From: Azolla caroliniana
Taxonomy: Eukaryota > Plantae > Polypodiophyta
DNA length: 64,000 bases
Assembly: GCA_043228905.1 (NCBI GenBank)
Contig: JBHGNT010000021.1
Span: 3,038,001-3,102,000, forward strand
Direction: 5' to 3'
Both the position numbers and the translations under genes were made by a program. Under the pieces are notes generated by a model that had not been told where the DNA came from, searched no databases, and saw nothing but the letters and a program-made list of their open reading frames with translations. Numbering within the stretch: position 1 is the stretch's first letter; the number at the start of each line of letters is the position of its first letter. Below, piece by piece: positions 16,550 to 29,810 of the stretch.

Positions 16550-16911
16550 TAGTTGGGATCATAAGATATATATTTTTTGATTATTTACTTAATTGTGCAA
16601 ATTATGGTTGTAAATTGAAAGAAACATCATAAATGGAAATATAGATTGTACATTCCAACACAAATGGCCAATTATGCAAGAATTGTATGAGGTGTGAACA
16701 TATGTGTGATGAATAGTTAAAATTGAGATTGTGTCAAAATAATTGCAAATAAGGAATGGCCAAATCAAGAGGTTATGTGTAACTTATAAATTATGGTCAC
16801 ATGGTTAGGCAAGAGTGATGTAATTTTACTCATTATATATATAATCAACCAATATCCTAGAGAAACTTTGCAATAATCTATAATAATATCAAGCGAACAT
16901 AATTTAACCAC

Positions 16912-17252
16912 AAACATTTTGTCGTGAGGAAGCTTATTATCCTCACTGAAAACATTTTGTCGTGAGGAAGTTTATTATCCTCATTGAATATCATTATCCT
17001 TACATTGTATCCTTATGATAAAGCATAATCTTTGCCGACACATACCTATTCTTATATTGCTTCTCTCCTAATGATTCATTGATGGCCTAAATCATCCAAA
17101 AACTGGAGATCCATCTCTTTTCAAATATTGTTGTCCCAAATCTTGCAAAGTAGGTTACTTCAATCCTAATCATTCATTGATGGCCTACATCTTCCCAAAA
17201 TTGGATCTCTTTCCAAAGATTGTCCCAAATCTTGCAAATTAGGGAACTTCAA
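16912..17252. repeat. Two local tandem duplications (37 bp x2 at 16912-16984; about 97 bp x2 at 17067-17252)
   Basis: aaacattttgtcgtgaggaag(c/t)ttattatcctca twice; cctaat(g/c)attcattgatggccta...gtcccaaatcttgcaaa twice. Confidence 0.8.
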
Positions 17253-17575
17253 AGAACTTCAAAATGAAAACTAAACCGGTTCAATCTCCAAATTTACCAA
17301 CCTCATATGCGTTCTTCAATCTTCAAGATTGAAAATCTTATGGTTGCTCTCGTATCTTAGTCGGGAACTTCTTTAGTTTTAGTTCAAATATAAACAAATG
17401 GTAGGTACATGAGGAACATGGATAGTTCAGGAATCATATGGAATCTTTTTGTTTCATGGAGAGTTTAGGATGTTAGTTTCTATCAAATCTTGCAAGTGAC
17501 TTCTTGCATCTATGCAAATCAAATTTTTTGGGGTACTTGACTTGTGATGTGGAAGAGTAAAACTAAATGACGACA

Positions 17576-18130
17576 TTTTTTTTTGCAAGAAAGATACACC
17601 TTAGTATATTACATGAGAAATGTACATATAGAAAACAGAAGGAGACATTTTATCTCACCTCTATTGTAATCCAAAAGCTAATACCAACATCTAATCAAAC
17701 AAATGATATCATATAAGAAACGTGAGGAGCACAAGCTACAAGCAATGCGATAAAAAAGAAGGTATGGCATAATTCCACCTCATACCAGAATTTGTATCTG
17801 AAAATAAATGAAGTGCTTGCCGCCGTTTCTTAAAGTCCACTTGACGTTGCCTTAGAGCATCAGTTGAACCCAGATCATCACGACGACGGTTCAATGCATA
17901 TTGAATATGTTTGAGAGAAGTGAAGGAACTTTCAATTTGCAAGGACCAATCGGAGAGTGCACAATTAGAGTTTAATATAGTTTTCGTGCACTTTGGTCGA
18001 CATTTGGAACTCATGCTAAGAGAAAAGACCCATGCTAAGAGAACTAGATGTGCATACCGGAAAAGAAAAAGAATCCAATTTTAGCTAATGAGAGGGAGGT
18101 CACTCTTTCGTGTTTGCCATATGTTGAAAT
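17576..18130 (-). mobile_element. Probable LINE 3'-end relic with poly(A)
   Basis: T9 at 17576-17584 (A tail on minus). Minus-strand ORF 18014-17736 and an upstream ILFLFRY segment resembling the IFEFLRY region of the LINE at 33-35 kb. Confidence 0.4.
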
Positions 18131-19118
18131 AGATCACATGCTTCAATTGCAAGAACTTAAGAAGAACTCGATAAGATGCCAAAGACTACTATGGTAACAA
18201 AAACGTCAGTCAATAAACTCACCATGTTGAATTAGGGATTTACCCTACTCTTTCTTTCTTATTCTTTCTCCCTATATTACTTTGCAATGGATTGTAGCAT
18301 AGATGGGTGGTTCTTGACTGATATTAGAGTTTAGCTTTCCTCATGAATTCCATCCAATTCAAATCTACTTGTAACCATGGATAAATATAATTGCATTCCC
18401 AACCAATATTGCATTGATATTTTTATCTATTAAGGGAATCGTAGTAATTCTTATATAAGTTGTATGATTTTGGGTTCTCGTGTGTTAGCTCAAAATTCCG
18501 TCCGATTTTGAGTCTCAATGTGTTGACAATCGAAAGGGATCATGTTAGCATATCATCAACCAAATTGCAACCTCACTAGAGCCTCGATAACCCTTCATTG
18601 AGAGTATACATTTTGGCCAAAATCTTGTTATATAGGTTATTATTAATTATTATCCAAGAAAATGTCTTAATTTTATGTAAGTTGTATGAGTTTGGATCTG
18701 TGTCTAATTCCAAAATCCACTCCCCTCTAAGTCTTGATGCTTTGATGGAAAGGGATTGTGCCGATGAACATATCCCCTTCTTCCCCTTTCCCCTTCTCCT
18801 TTACCAACTACCCTTTTTCACACTATGTTTGAGTCACTTCACCCGATGTTCAAACTATTGTGCTCCATGCCAAGTATAAACAAATATCCATAAACCTCTC
18901 ACCCAAGGACATGCTCAAGTCTCTCTAGAGAGAGATAGAGCCCAACATGGCAATGGGTATAATAACAATTTCTATAAACTCTCTTCTATTGAGTGCTTGA
19001 AGCGTAGTAAAATATCACCCATTTAAGTATTTAATAATCTCGTACAAGTGGTTAAGTTGTATATTGCGCTTAGGCTTTATTCAGTAGTTAGTCTAGCGTA
19101 AGTAGCTCAAGGAGGATC

Positions 19119-19570
19119 TTTTTTTTCCCGAAAAAAATACTACATTAGTATTAAGAAACACAAAGCTATACATAAAATATATACCTGTTGATAATGAGCC
19201 CCTTTCTAAATTCGAATTATCGATTTAAATAAATACTTCCTTCAGTGTAGAGTAGAATAACTTCACCTTATCAAAAATCTATGTATAAAATATTCCTTTG
19301 TCCTAGATGGCACGAAACTCGAATTGTATGAGCTCAGCCTATTGCATATTACCTTTTATGTTATCCAAAGAACCTCTGAGATCCAAATCCCAAAAATGAT
19401 TTGTGCAGGTTTTTAGTCACATTTTGGAATACCTTCAAACATCAAGCTTTCATGATATACCAAATTGTGACACTCACCCTTGCTTGTCTCGCCAACAAGG
19501 GGTAAACGATGGTATGTCCTCACACACAGACTTTGAAGTGATTCTCAAGAAGAATGCTTGAATAAGAAGT
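19119..19570 (-). mobile_element. Probable LINE 3'-end relic
   Basis: T8 then A-rich end on plus; minus-strand translation contains IWISEVLWIT*K, similar to the conserved LW..WK.RN block after zf-RVT. Confidence 0.35.
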
Positions 19571-20283
19571 AACCTTGAAGATGTTGAGAAACATTACTAA
19601 GTACACACATTCACACAAAGGCATATACACACACAATAATGTACAAACCTACACACAACAAATGTGGCAATCAATCAACTTTCTGGCACGATTATACGAA
19701 TGAACTAGGGCTTAGATACCTCCAAGAGATAAATGAGAAATACCACTTGTCTTGATCGAAGACCCTTATAGTCCCACAACTCGACACGTAACAAAATTTT
19801 GCAACATTGTAAATCTTCACGCACTATTCTGCAACTACAAAAGATGGTGGGTTGAAACTCCAGGAACATGGAACCAAGAACTTTTAATAAGGAAATGAGT
19901 ATTTTTACATAAGTACCTATAACAATAAAGAAGATTATGCTATTAAAAAACAAATAACTTATAATCTTACCCAACTACATCTCTTATTATTTCCTTAAAT
20001 TTGACATAACGATAAAGAAGATTATATTGTAAAAAAAACTAAAGCAACTTATAATCTTACCAATTACAACTATTAGTTGACATCAAATTTGGTTGATGCT
20101 AGTATTATGTATATATACAAATTTTTAAAGGACGTAGTATATACAACATGATAGGCTACAAAAGACGAGATATGCTATTGGAAAGTCCTCAATTTGCCAT
20201 GCCTAATATCATGAGGATAGAAAAAGAAACTTATATGAGAAATGACAAATTGTCAATAGATCATTACGAGTCGCAAAACTAGA

Positions 20284-23200
20284 CTATATGGAGATGCTAT
20301 TGGGGACACCTTGATTTGTCATGCCCAATGGTGAGGATGGAAAGAGGAGCTTGTATGGAAATTTAGCAGGACCTTGTCTATGCTTGTAAAACTTTGGATC
20401 ATTGTTTCGAGCTTGAATGTTGGCCTCAACTTTTGCCAACTTCAACTTAAAATTGTTAAATGCCATTAAAACCCTAGTATCTCTTGCCCATTGTTCGTAT
20501 GGGTCTATTAAAGTGTCCCCCAAGTGAACCTCGTCTCCAAGGTGTTTTGATAGCAATAAAACTGTCCCCATTACAGGAATTGCTTCTAAGTGGTTCGAGA
20601 GTGAACTCAGAAAGAACTTTTCCGGATAAGTTTGGAACTCTGCATCATCTTGATCTGGTATCCATTTTCTGCCCACGGTGGGACTATTGGGCATGAAACC
20701 TTGATATGCGTATTGTCCGAAGTTCACGGCTGCATGATGAGCCGATGCAAGCCATATAAGTGTGGTCAATGTTGTCTCCAACTTGATAATACTTGCCATG
20801 TCTCCCCACCATTTGGCCTCTTTGTGATCCCCATGGCCCACCTCTATTATCTCCTTCCACCATTCTTGTAGCTCCATATCCTCCTTCACTTTCTTATCAT
20901 CTTCATAATAAATAACAATATAATCATGTGCCCATGATCGTATTGCATCCCATAATTCTAAACCATCCTTAGCATATGGATAGTCCTCGATTACCAAGGT
21001 TAATTGATCTTTTGTGCTTTCAACCATACCCCTGTAATAATAATAAAAATATAAAAGCATCAAATTTTAAGAGGATTAAAGAAACACGTTAATTTATAAC
21101 ATATTTAAATAACGTAGTTAAAAACCATGTATAATGGGCTACAATGTTATATCATGGTGTTAATAATGAGTACCTCTTGATGAGGTCATTTGGCAAACCT
21201 TGTTCATCAATCCGCCAATTCTGATACACCATGGATGTAAATGCCATGGAAACATCACGAGTGAAGAAACAAGTCTCAATGATCCCGCCACTATTTATGA
21301 GATTTTGTCTTGCTAGTCCATTGATGGCCAATGTGTCCTTGAAGTGAGGAGCTAAAAACCGATGCAAGGGATGCAGTGAGCTCAATTGCCTATGAGTAGC
21401 TATTATGAAGGGCTCCACACAAGCATGTGTTCTCAGCCTAAAAAACAAATGAGCAAGTTTTGACATGAATTCATAATTACCCAATTACATAGTTTCATTA
21501 TCTTAAGCATTGATTGACACAATTGTTAAAATAAAGCCAAATAGATATTTTTACCAATGGCTGATAAGTTGATGATAACCGGTGTCATTAATTAAGACTT
21601 GTGCTTTAGCCAATTGCCAAAACCATCCCTCTATAGACTCCACATCTCCGTGTTGTGGATCAACATTTGTACGAGGTGGAGTGAAAACCATATTCACACT
21701 TTCTTCCCCAATGATATGCGGTGGTAAACTAAGCTCAATAGCAACGGGTCTAAGAACTCGATCCGTCCCGTGGAAGAACAATGACCGGGTTGCATATACT
21801 CTCACATCTGATGAAGCTTTAGATTTTTTTATTAAGAGAAGAGCTGGCATAAGCACATCATGGTAGTCCAACATAAAAAGCCTCCTTTGGGCAATTGCCT
21901 AATGCATATAACGTTGACAATAAGCAAAAGTTGAAATAAAAAAGGAAATAACCTTAACAAGAGAAAATTAACATGTAACAAATAAATAAAATTAACTTGA
22001 ACAAGAGAAAGCTCAGTCGTAAGAAATGTAACATACTTCATTCACACTCAAGCCTTGTAGATGTTGCTCTAGATGATCTGCGGTAATTGCGGAATTTGGA
22101 GGACCGTAACTTTCAGGATCTAACCCACTCATGATTGGAAATTTCTAAGCCAAACATATAAAGTGAAAAAGTATCACAAGTTTAATCATAGTATACAAGA
22201 ATTCAATACAAGCACAAAACCAATTGCATAAAGTTTTGAAATATACCTCAACACGTTCGATGACCATAGGGTTTTGTCCTGCTAGTCTCTCTCGTGCAAA
22301 TTCTTCATCAGTGTACCATGCATCTTTGTTAACTACAATATAGTTTCATACCCACTATCAACTTCGTAAAGTTTCAAGAAAAGAAAAAGGGTCAATCAAA
22401 TCATATATTAATATGCATATAGTGATACCTTGAACAACTCCAGGCTTCGGAAAAGATGCCAAATCATGTTCTGAATAAAGTTTGAATATTTCGTCAAGGG
22501 AATCAAAAGTGTTGGTCTCACCATAAGTGGATTTCAAATTCTCTTTCAACGCTGTTGCCACTTCAATTGTACTTGCATTGAGAGCATTACCAAAGTCCAA
22601 TTGCTTAAGGAGGCCAAAAGCCTCATCTCTAGGAACATAAAATGGTATTGGGCCAACTCCACCCAATAGGCCATCTGGCAACTCGGAGGCATTATCTGCA
22701 ATTGGCAATATTACATAATAAAACTAAAAATCTTTATACAATTGGAATCATTTGGGTCAAATATGTTTTCAATAAGTGAAATCGCAAACATAATGACAAT
22801 GTGCAATTATTGATAATGCAACATTATAACGAGAACAAATCATGTTGCTACTATGTAAGGATATAATATATCACATATTAAAGAAGAGTAAAGATGGTTA
22901 AGATTCAAGAAACTATCAAATCAAATGACATTAGTGCATATGAGTTTGTTCCCATTTAATGAGATAGTATTACATCAAGATAAGCATAACCATATACATG
23001 TTTGATTTTAAGCTTCTTATCAAGAGTCACAATGACTATAGTAGAGGCAACTACCGAGTTCTTAACCCAACTGTTAAAAGTGTGATACCTATCAACATAT
23101 ATTAGATATAAGTCCCTTACAATTGTCGAGGTAATATTAGAAAGTCTGTAATTGTGGTGGATATCGTATATAACACAATATCGTGCAACCTATCGTAATG

Positions 23201-25334
23201 TCACTTTCTTTTTTAAAAATAAAGTAGGTTTTGAGAAATTAGTTTTAATTTTGAAATGGGCCAAGGTATACCTTTCTTAGATATTTGTCGACCAGTTCGA
23301 CACCTTCGTGGGTAAGGAAGATTGTGTGAACCCCCTAATACAGGTCTTGGAGTGGGGGGGTCCACTTCAGGATTTCCAAGGTCATTATACACATCATAAT
23401 CATAAATGCGGTCCTGAGCGATCCTATGCCCCGTCCCATCACCTCTTAGTTGATGAAGATCCCTACCTCGAAACTCTTGCAAACCAAGAGGAGTTTGTGT
23501 GGGAAGGAACAACTATAAAATAAAAATTCAAGCTATGATCTTTTAGTATTTGGATACAATGGTCATCTTGATCAACTTATCCACCTTTTCAAAAGTATTG
23601 TATTTAATATGCATTGTTGGTAAAGAAGTTTAGGTGTTAGATTATTCCTCCTCGAAGTATTGCACATAATTTACCTTGTTGGGAAAGAAGATTCGAGGTT
23701 CGGATTCACGTGTTTGTGGGATCCAAGAGTTGCACCAAAAACCGTGTTGGTGCAATTCAGATAGAGTATTACCGTCTTTAGTCGATACATATGCCGATTC
23801 CAAGAAGAACTCATCCGCGGGATGTCGATTGCTTACAAGGAGAGCTATAGGTGTGTTGAAGCCCTCTGGAAGCTCCACGCCGAAAATGATTCTCATGATT
23901 GGCTTTTCACGGGAAATGGAGACCGAAACCGGGCCAATCACTTTGGGATCGAGAGAAAGATCTACATACATATATTGGTTGTGATTGGTTGTGAACAATC
24001 AATTGTTATATATGAGTAAAAAAGGTACTACTAATTAGAATGTTGGTATATAATAAAGGAGGCCCTTTAAGAACTTTATCATCAAATTTTATGAGTAAAA
24101 GGCAATAATTAGAATAAAGTAGGCCCAGTAACAACTTTATAAAGCTCTTAGGCGCTGCAGCCTCAATACAATGGAATTAACGTAATTTGAACTTGGGGAT
24201 TATGAAACACCATGAACCTAACTAAAAGATGGAATTAACACATTGGTTTTCACGCACTACGATTGTCAAAAATCTTACCATAACTTAATAAAAAAACCCA
24301 CATGAAGGATCACAAATCCAAATGTGGAATCAATTTATTTGTGAGAGATATATATGAACAAACCCCTACATGATGGTGATTTGTAACCCAATTTGGAAGG
24401 ATTAGGAACACATTACATCATGATTGTGATCCATAACTCAAATTGTCTATATAAGATGCCAAAAGATTTGACCCATTTCACAAGGATTAAGAATAGCAAT
24501 GGTTGATTAAACCCTATCAGCTATAGAGAAGTTTTAAGACCAACATTCATGATGAATGTGAATGATTAAGCAACCCATTCTGAAAAGATAAACATAATGA
24601 TGGTAAGGATTATTAGTAGTGTGAAGAGAAACAACTAACTAGAAGGATATAGAGTTACACTTCAATAAAACCATACATTTATGTTGACAAAATGTTAGGC
24701 CCATCATTTTTAAGCAGTAATTAGAGCATCATACTCATAATTCTATAACCAAAACCAAAACCATCCTAGATGTACCTGGTTTCTTTCTTTCTTTGTCATC
24801 AACATTAAGCATAGTACTTGGTGGTGGTGAAGTCACGACGCTAACATGCACATGGTGTCGAGGAGGCCAAGTAAGTAGCGGAAGGTGGCGAATTAAGAGG
24901 TTGACATGTGAATTAACATTTGGTAAATGATGAGGATCAGGACCGTCTCCATTAATGACTACATTATCAAGAGAAACCTCACTCAATAAATGATGTTTCT
25001 TTATGATTTCTTCCCAATTATGTGTCTTTGGCATTGGCATAGCACCAAATTTAGTTGTACTCGCATGGCACGATATCCTTCTTCGATCACGACAATGACG
25101 AAATTGAGGAAATTGAGAACACAATACCACATCATGCACATTAATGTGCCTGAATCGTCTATGCATATTCATGCTCTTCGGATTGCCCAACCGAGACACC
25201 CTCGAATCATCTTTACTAAAAGAATCGGCATTGTAATGAGGCCTCACCGTAGTATGAGCGCGGAATAGAGGTGGTGGAAGTAATGAGCTAGTGCAACTAG
25301 AGATAATGCTAGCACCACTAGTTATGAGGGCCAT
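20284..25334 (-). CDS. LOX: Lipoxygenase, plastid-targeted, predicted 13S-type
   Basis: Nine exons: 25334-24776, 23961-23675, 23512-23272, 22695-22429, 22332-22247, 22144-22037, 21898-21555, 21437-21174, 21031-20284. Motifs [57 protein letters not shown]-terminal PNSISI (all Fe ligands present). IIETCF is the 13-LOX determinant. Confidence 0.96.
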
Positions 25335-26049
25335 TTTTTGAGGAGTAGTCCCACTTAGAAGAGTAAGGTGATAAGAAATTAGTAGCAAACTAGAGAAATG
25401 GATTACATTGAGAGGAATGAGGTTTATATAAATAGAGAAGGTAGTGGGATATTGGAGATTTCAGGAATTGCATGCAAAGTTTAAGTACCACATGGAGAAC
25501 ATAATATCAATGATTCCATATCTATATTGATCTTTTGAGCATGTGGCTAGTGCCAACTAGTTTTGTTTCTTTGCATGGACTAGCAGTTATGGCCTCTTGT
25601 CAATAGAACATTCCAATGGCAGGCAACTTAGTTCATGATAATCTAGATTCTACACACACATAAAATTCATTAAAATATATTATTCAATCAACACGTTCAG
25701 ATTGCATGCCCATTGCCTCATCTTTTGTCCCCCTTTCACACACAAGCGATGGCTCATATATGTATTTAGAAAGCTTTCATGGAACAACAATTTGTTTAAA
25801 ACTATCCATTCTCGAATCTCTACTATACTCATTAACAAAACTCTCTTAGAACTTCAAGAGAAATTTTTAAGTTAAAAAAGATTAAATGAATGAAATGATT
25901 GAAAACATTGTCGCACATTGCTTGAAACTCAATCCCACAACCCCGCAAAATTGGTATCTCACAAGCACAAGTTCACATTTAATCTATAACCTCATTGGTA
26001 TTGGGCATCAAGGATCTAATTCGTAGACTTATCTTTAGATTGCATGAGT

Positions 26050-26898
26050 AGCATGTTTCAATAGTTCAACATTTGAATCATTGTGCTCACATCGTGGCAT
26101 TCATGTAGAACGTGCATATTCTATGAAGCAACTCAACGATTAGAGTACCAATGAGAGATCCAAATGAACGCTCTCGCAACACATGGACAATGTGCATATC
26201 CATGATGTTGATCTCTATCCATGGTCCGGATCCATGATTCTTTCCATCATGGTGGTTAAGGGTGTTGGTGGCCAAGTTCATCAAACACACATGTGTGAAG
26301 AGGGGATTGTTGATTAGTGATTTTACGATGGACTTTAAGTCCACTTCCAATGGCTAGGTGGAGAGGTGGCACAACAATTGCTTAAACTATATGCGGAATT
26401 GTGATACCTTTTCATGGGGTAGTTCTCGATTGTATAAAAGCAATTGTATTGGACTCCTTCAAATAGGAGGGGCAGGATGTGTTCTCCAACATTGGAGTAC
26501 AATTCTTTGATGTACCCTTTCTAACTTATGATTGGGGTACGATATCTTGATCTCTGAATATCAATGGATGCAAGGGGATGGAGGAGAGGGAAAAATTGTA
26601 CTCCAATGTGTTCTCCAACATTGGAGTACAATTCTTTGATGTGCCCTTTCTAACTTATGATTGGGGTACGATATCTTAATCTCTGAATATCAATGGATGC
26701 AAGGGGATGGAGGAGAGGGAAGATGTGGTTGATATTAATGTTGACATTTGGTTATTGGTAACCTCTTGGATTTCAATTCACCTTTTTGTGTTTGCAAGAG
26801 TAGCACCATGACATGATGGTGAATATGCACCATGTTAATCCTTCGGGCCAGACAACAGCCTAACACAGGGTGTCCACTTAAGACACTTCACCAAAAGG
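26050..26898 (-). mobile_element. Older decayed LTR-retrotransposon gag/protease-like sequence flanking the younger element (similar decayed sequence at about 30110-31600)
   Basis: Broken minus-strand ORFs with protease-like (GPWIEINIMDMHIVHVL) and Cys/His knuckle-like remnants; many stops. Confidence 0.35.
26477..26720. repeat. 115-bp tandem duplication with inverted junction insert
   Basis: Copies 26477-26591 and 26606-26720. Junction 26594-26609 (aattgtactccaatgt) is the reverse complement of 26489-26504. Confidence 0.92.
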
Positions 26899-27233
26899 TG
26901 TTACGACGAGATAACTTACGACACAACGCTTAATTGGACCTTAATCGGTTACTTAGCAATACGTCATTAACACGTGTAAGATATACAATAAGCACAGAAC
27001 GGTGAACAATACTCAATGATTAAACAAAAGGTTTATATTACTCTCTGTTGATGACTACATTGTAATCGGGCCTTTATATAGGTCACCGGTGCGAAGTACA
27101 AAACGGTGCCAATCGGCACCTATTCGGGATCGGTCCGGATCCAGATCGGCATACCGATTCCGGTCCGTCAGTCCACGTCTTCTCATATATTAATATATTA
27201 AGACTAATAATTACAACAGATTCCCAAATAACA
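26899..27233 (-). mobile_element. 3' LTR (335 bp) of a minus-strand Ty3/gypsy element
   Basis: Termini TGTTA...TAACA. Polypurine tract gaaaaggggaat (27245-27234, minus) abuts it; TATATAAA at about 27073-27080 on minus. Confidence 0.85.
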
Positions 27234-27289
27234 ATTCCCCTTTTCACACCCTGGTCTTGGCGTCCTTAGCTCCTTTGTCGGCGGGGTAA

Positions 27290-29810
27290 CACATGGCACG
27301 CCCATGGGATAGTACCTTGTACGTCGAATCCCACACCGGCCCCTTACTCTTCGTCCAAGATATCCATGATGCTTTGCTCCAGGGTCTCCAGTGGCTCGAC
27401 GGGAATCTGTTGTTGATGTTGTGTTTGTTGTTGTTGTTGTGGCTGCTGCGACTCCGGTTGCGACTCCGATTGTTGCTCTGTTCCTTCGTTGTTTCCTCCG
27501 TCGGAGTTGTCTCTGGTTGACTTACCCCGTCCTAGTCTCCGTCTGGTCCTTGTATCGGGGACGGTTCCTCATCACTGAGGTTGACCGTTGCCGCCTACCT
27601 TGCTTTTTCTTCCCTAAGCCGGGACCTCTCATAGCTCTCAAACTGGATTTGAGCATCCATCCGATCGTTGTCCAGTTGAGCTATGAGTTGCCAGACCTAC
27701 ACCAATTGCTCATCCGCCAGAACTGTGAAATCTTCTGCCAACTCATCCTTCATGGCGGTGAAGTCCTCCGATGTGAGCATGTAACAGTCGTCACCTTCCT
27801 TCCGCCAGTTTTCCGCATCCGCCAGTTTTCCGCATCCGCCAGTTTTCCGCATCCGCCCTGAGCAACTGGAGTTCAGCCGTATTTTGCGCCCATTTCGTCC
27901 ACCATCGCACGGAGCTCTCATCAATCAAGTGTTTGGTCTTGTTTAGCCATGCTCAGAGGATGCACTGGATCCATTCGGTTCCCATCTGTGATTTGTTCTC
28001 CGCGGCTTGTCGCTCCTCTTTCAATTGCTTGATGATTCTAACCGTGTCCGCCTCCTGCTCCCTATAATGCGACAATTGACTTTGATAGGTTGTTTGCAAC
28101 TTCTGTAACACCATTGTCGCCCTCTCCTTTTGTTCATGGTGCTGCTTGTGGAGCTCCATCCGGTCCCTCGCTGCTTCCTCCAATAGCTTTGTATTCTCAG
28201 CCCGTTTGTCGGCGAGTGCCGTCGTGGCCCGATCAACTTCCTGCCAGAGCTCGACCATCCTTTCCTGCTGTTGCTTATGCTCCGTGTCCAAGCTCTTAGA
28301 GTTCCGGTGCAGGTGGTCGAAGTTCTCTGTCTTCTGCTTCAGCCTCTGGTTGATTTGCCGGCGAGTGCGATCTTCCTGGTCCTTTTGTTGATGGTATTCT
28401 TCTTTCAGCCTTTCGATTTCTGTTTCTGCCATCCGTCGTAGCTTGTCCTTCTCCTGCAACAATTTTTCTTTTTCCTCCTTTAGCCGGTCGTAAGCTTGAT
28501 GCCCTTTCCGTAGATTTTCTTCTACCCGGCGGAGGTTTTCAACAGTCTTCTTTAACTCCTCTTCTGCCGCTTTCTTCAAATCTCATTCGCGGCTCCGTAG
28601 TGCTTCTTGTGCGACAAGTTTGTCCCTTAATTCGGCAAGCTCTTGGGCTTGCGCCGCATCTTTCTCCGGCACAGTTTTTGTCTCCGGGGTCTTATTCGTA
28701 TGTACAGGCGTGGTTGTTTCTTTATTCTGTACATCCACCGGAGTCACCGGTGCTTGGATCTGTGTTGCGGTTAAGGCCATTTTGGCCATGTCTTCTGTGA
28801 CCCGATCCAAGTCTTGTTCAAGGCACCAGATCCTTGACCGGGCCGTCTCTAGTTCATCGGTTGTGACTAGCAACTGTTCCATCTGCGCTCGTTCTTCCGC
28901 CTCTACATACAATATCACTCCGGCAACTTGCTCTCCTATCCACCGGAGCCATTGGCTGCCAGTGCCCTGTTGTTGCATTTGCATGGAGGGTTGGCTGATG
29001 GGTTCACTTGCCAGTGGCCGGTCCCGCCTAATTGCGTCGAGTTGCAATTCCGGCTCTGCCCGCTGACCACTTTGCCGTTCAAGTTCCGGTTGTGTTTCGG
29101 TTGGCCGCTCTTGTTCTGCTTGTTCTTGGCTAGCTGAGGAAGGTGGCACATGCCTTACCGGCCCTTGCGTTTTGGGGCTTGTCGTTGCCTGACCCGCCGG
29201 TATTGCTTGTTGTGCAGGGGCTTCTGAGACCGGTTCCATCTGAACCGGTTCCGGTTCCTCCCTTGCCGTGGGATTCTCAGTGTGGGGTAAAGGCGTTCCA
29301 TCCTTCTATGGGTCCGAACGCTTCCCGACTGATTCTGCGGTGCTCGTCGGTGGCGACTGTTGGAGGTGCTCCATAGGTTCTTCCTCCGTTTCCTCCTCTT
29401 GAGTCCTGACATTCATTCTTGCCGCCAGGGTATCCGTTTCTTGCTGCACTGGTTGGCGGAGTGTGCTCTTCAGGGGCCGTGCCGGTGTTTCCTCTTGCGT
29501 CTCCGTCGGCTGCTTCCGGATGGGGCGCTCCTTCGCCGCCTGCTCCGTGTCAGCTGTCTTCCCCTTAGTGGTTTTGGTGGCCAACAACTGTTGTCGTTTT
29601 GAAGCAGCTTTCGGGGTGCCGTCTGTTCCTCTTCCCCGCTTCTTGGTTTGGACGGGCTCGACAGGTGGCGCCAATAGGGTGAGCCATTGCTCCACCGCAT
29701 GCCATATTTTCCGGCCTTCTTTGGCTTCCTTACCACTTACGGTGTCAATAGCCGCACACAATCCGTCAGCGATCAGCACCGGCCAATCCACCTTGACCCC
29801 TTCGTCTGCT
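27290..29810 (-). pseudogene. Retrotransposon extra ORF (env-position), E/Q/K/R-rich coiled-coil protein, disrupted
   Basis: ORFs 29854-29306, 29239-28583, 28579-27953, 27924-27697 join. 28583 and 27953 are single in-frame stops; a 17-bp triplication at 27802-27857 shifts the frame. Confidence 0.75.

Noticed and set aside
27953-29239. Coiled-coil ORFs as a host myosin/SMC-like gene
   Set aside because: Intronless, GC-shifted, interrupted by stops, and located between a retroviral-type protease and a PPT-LTR.
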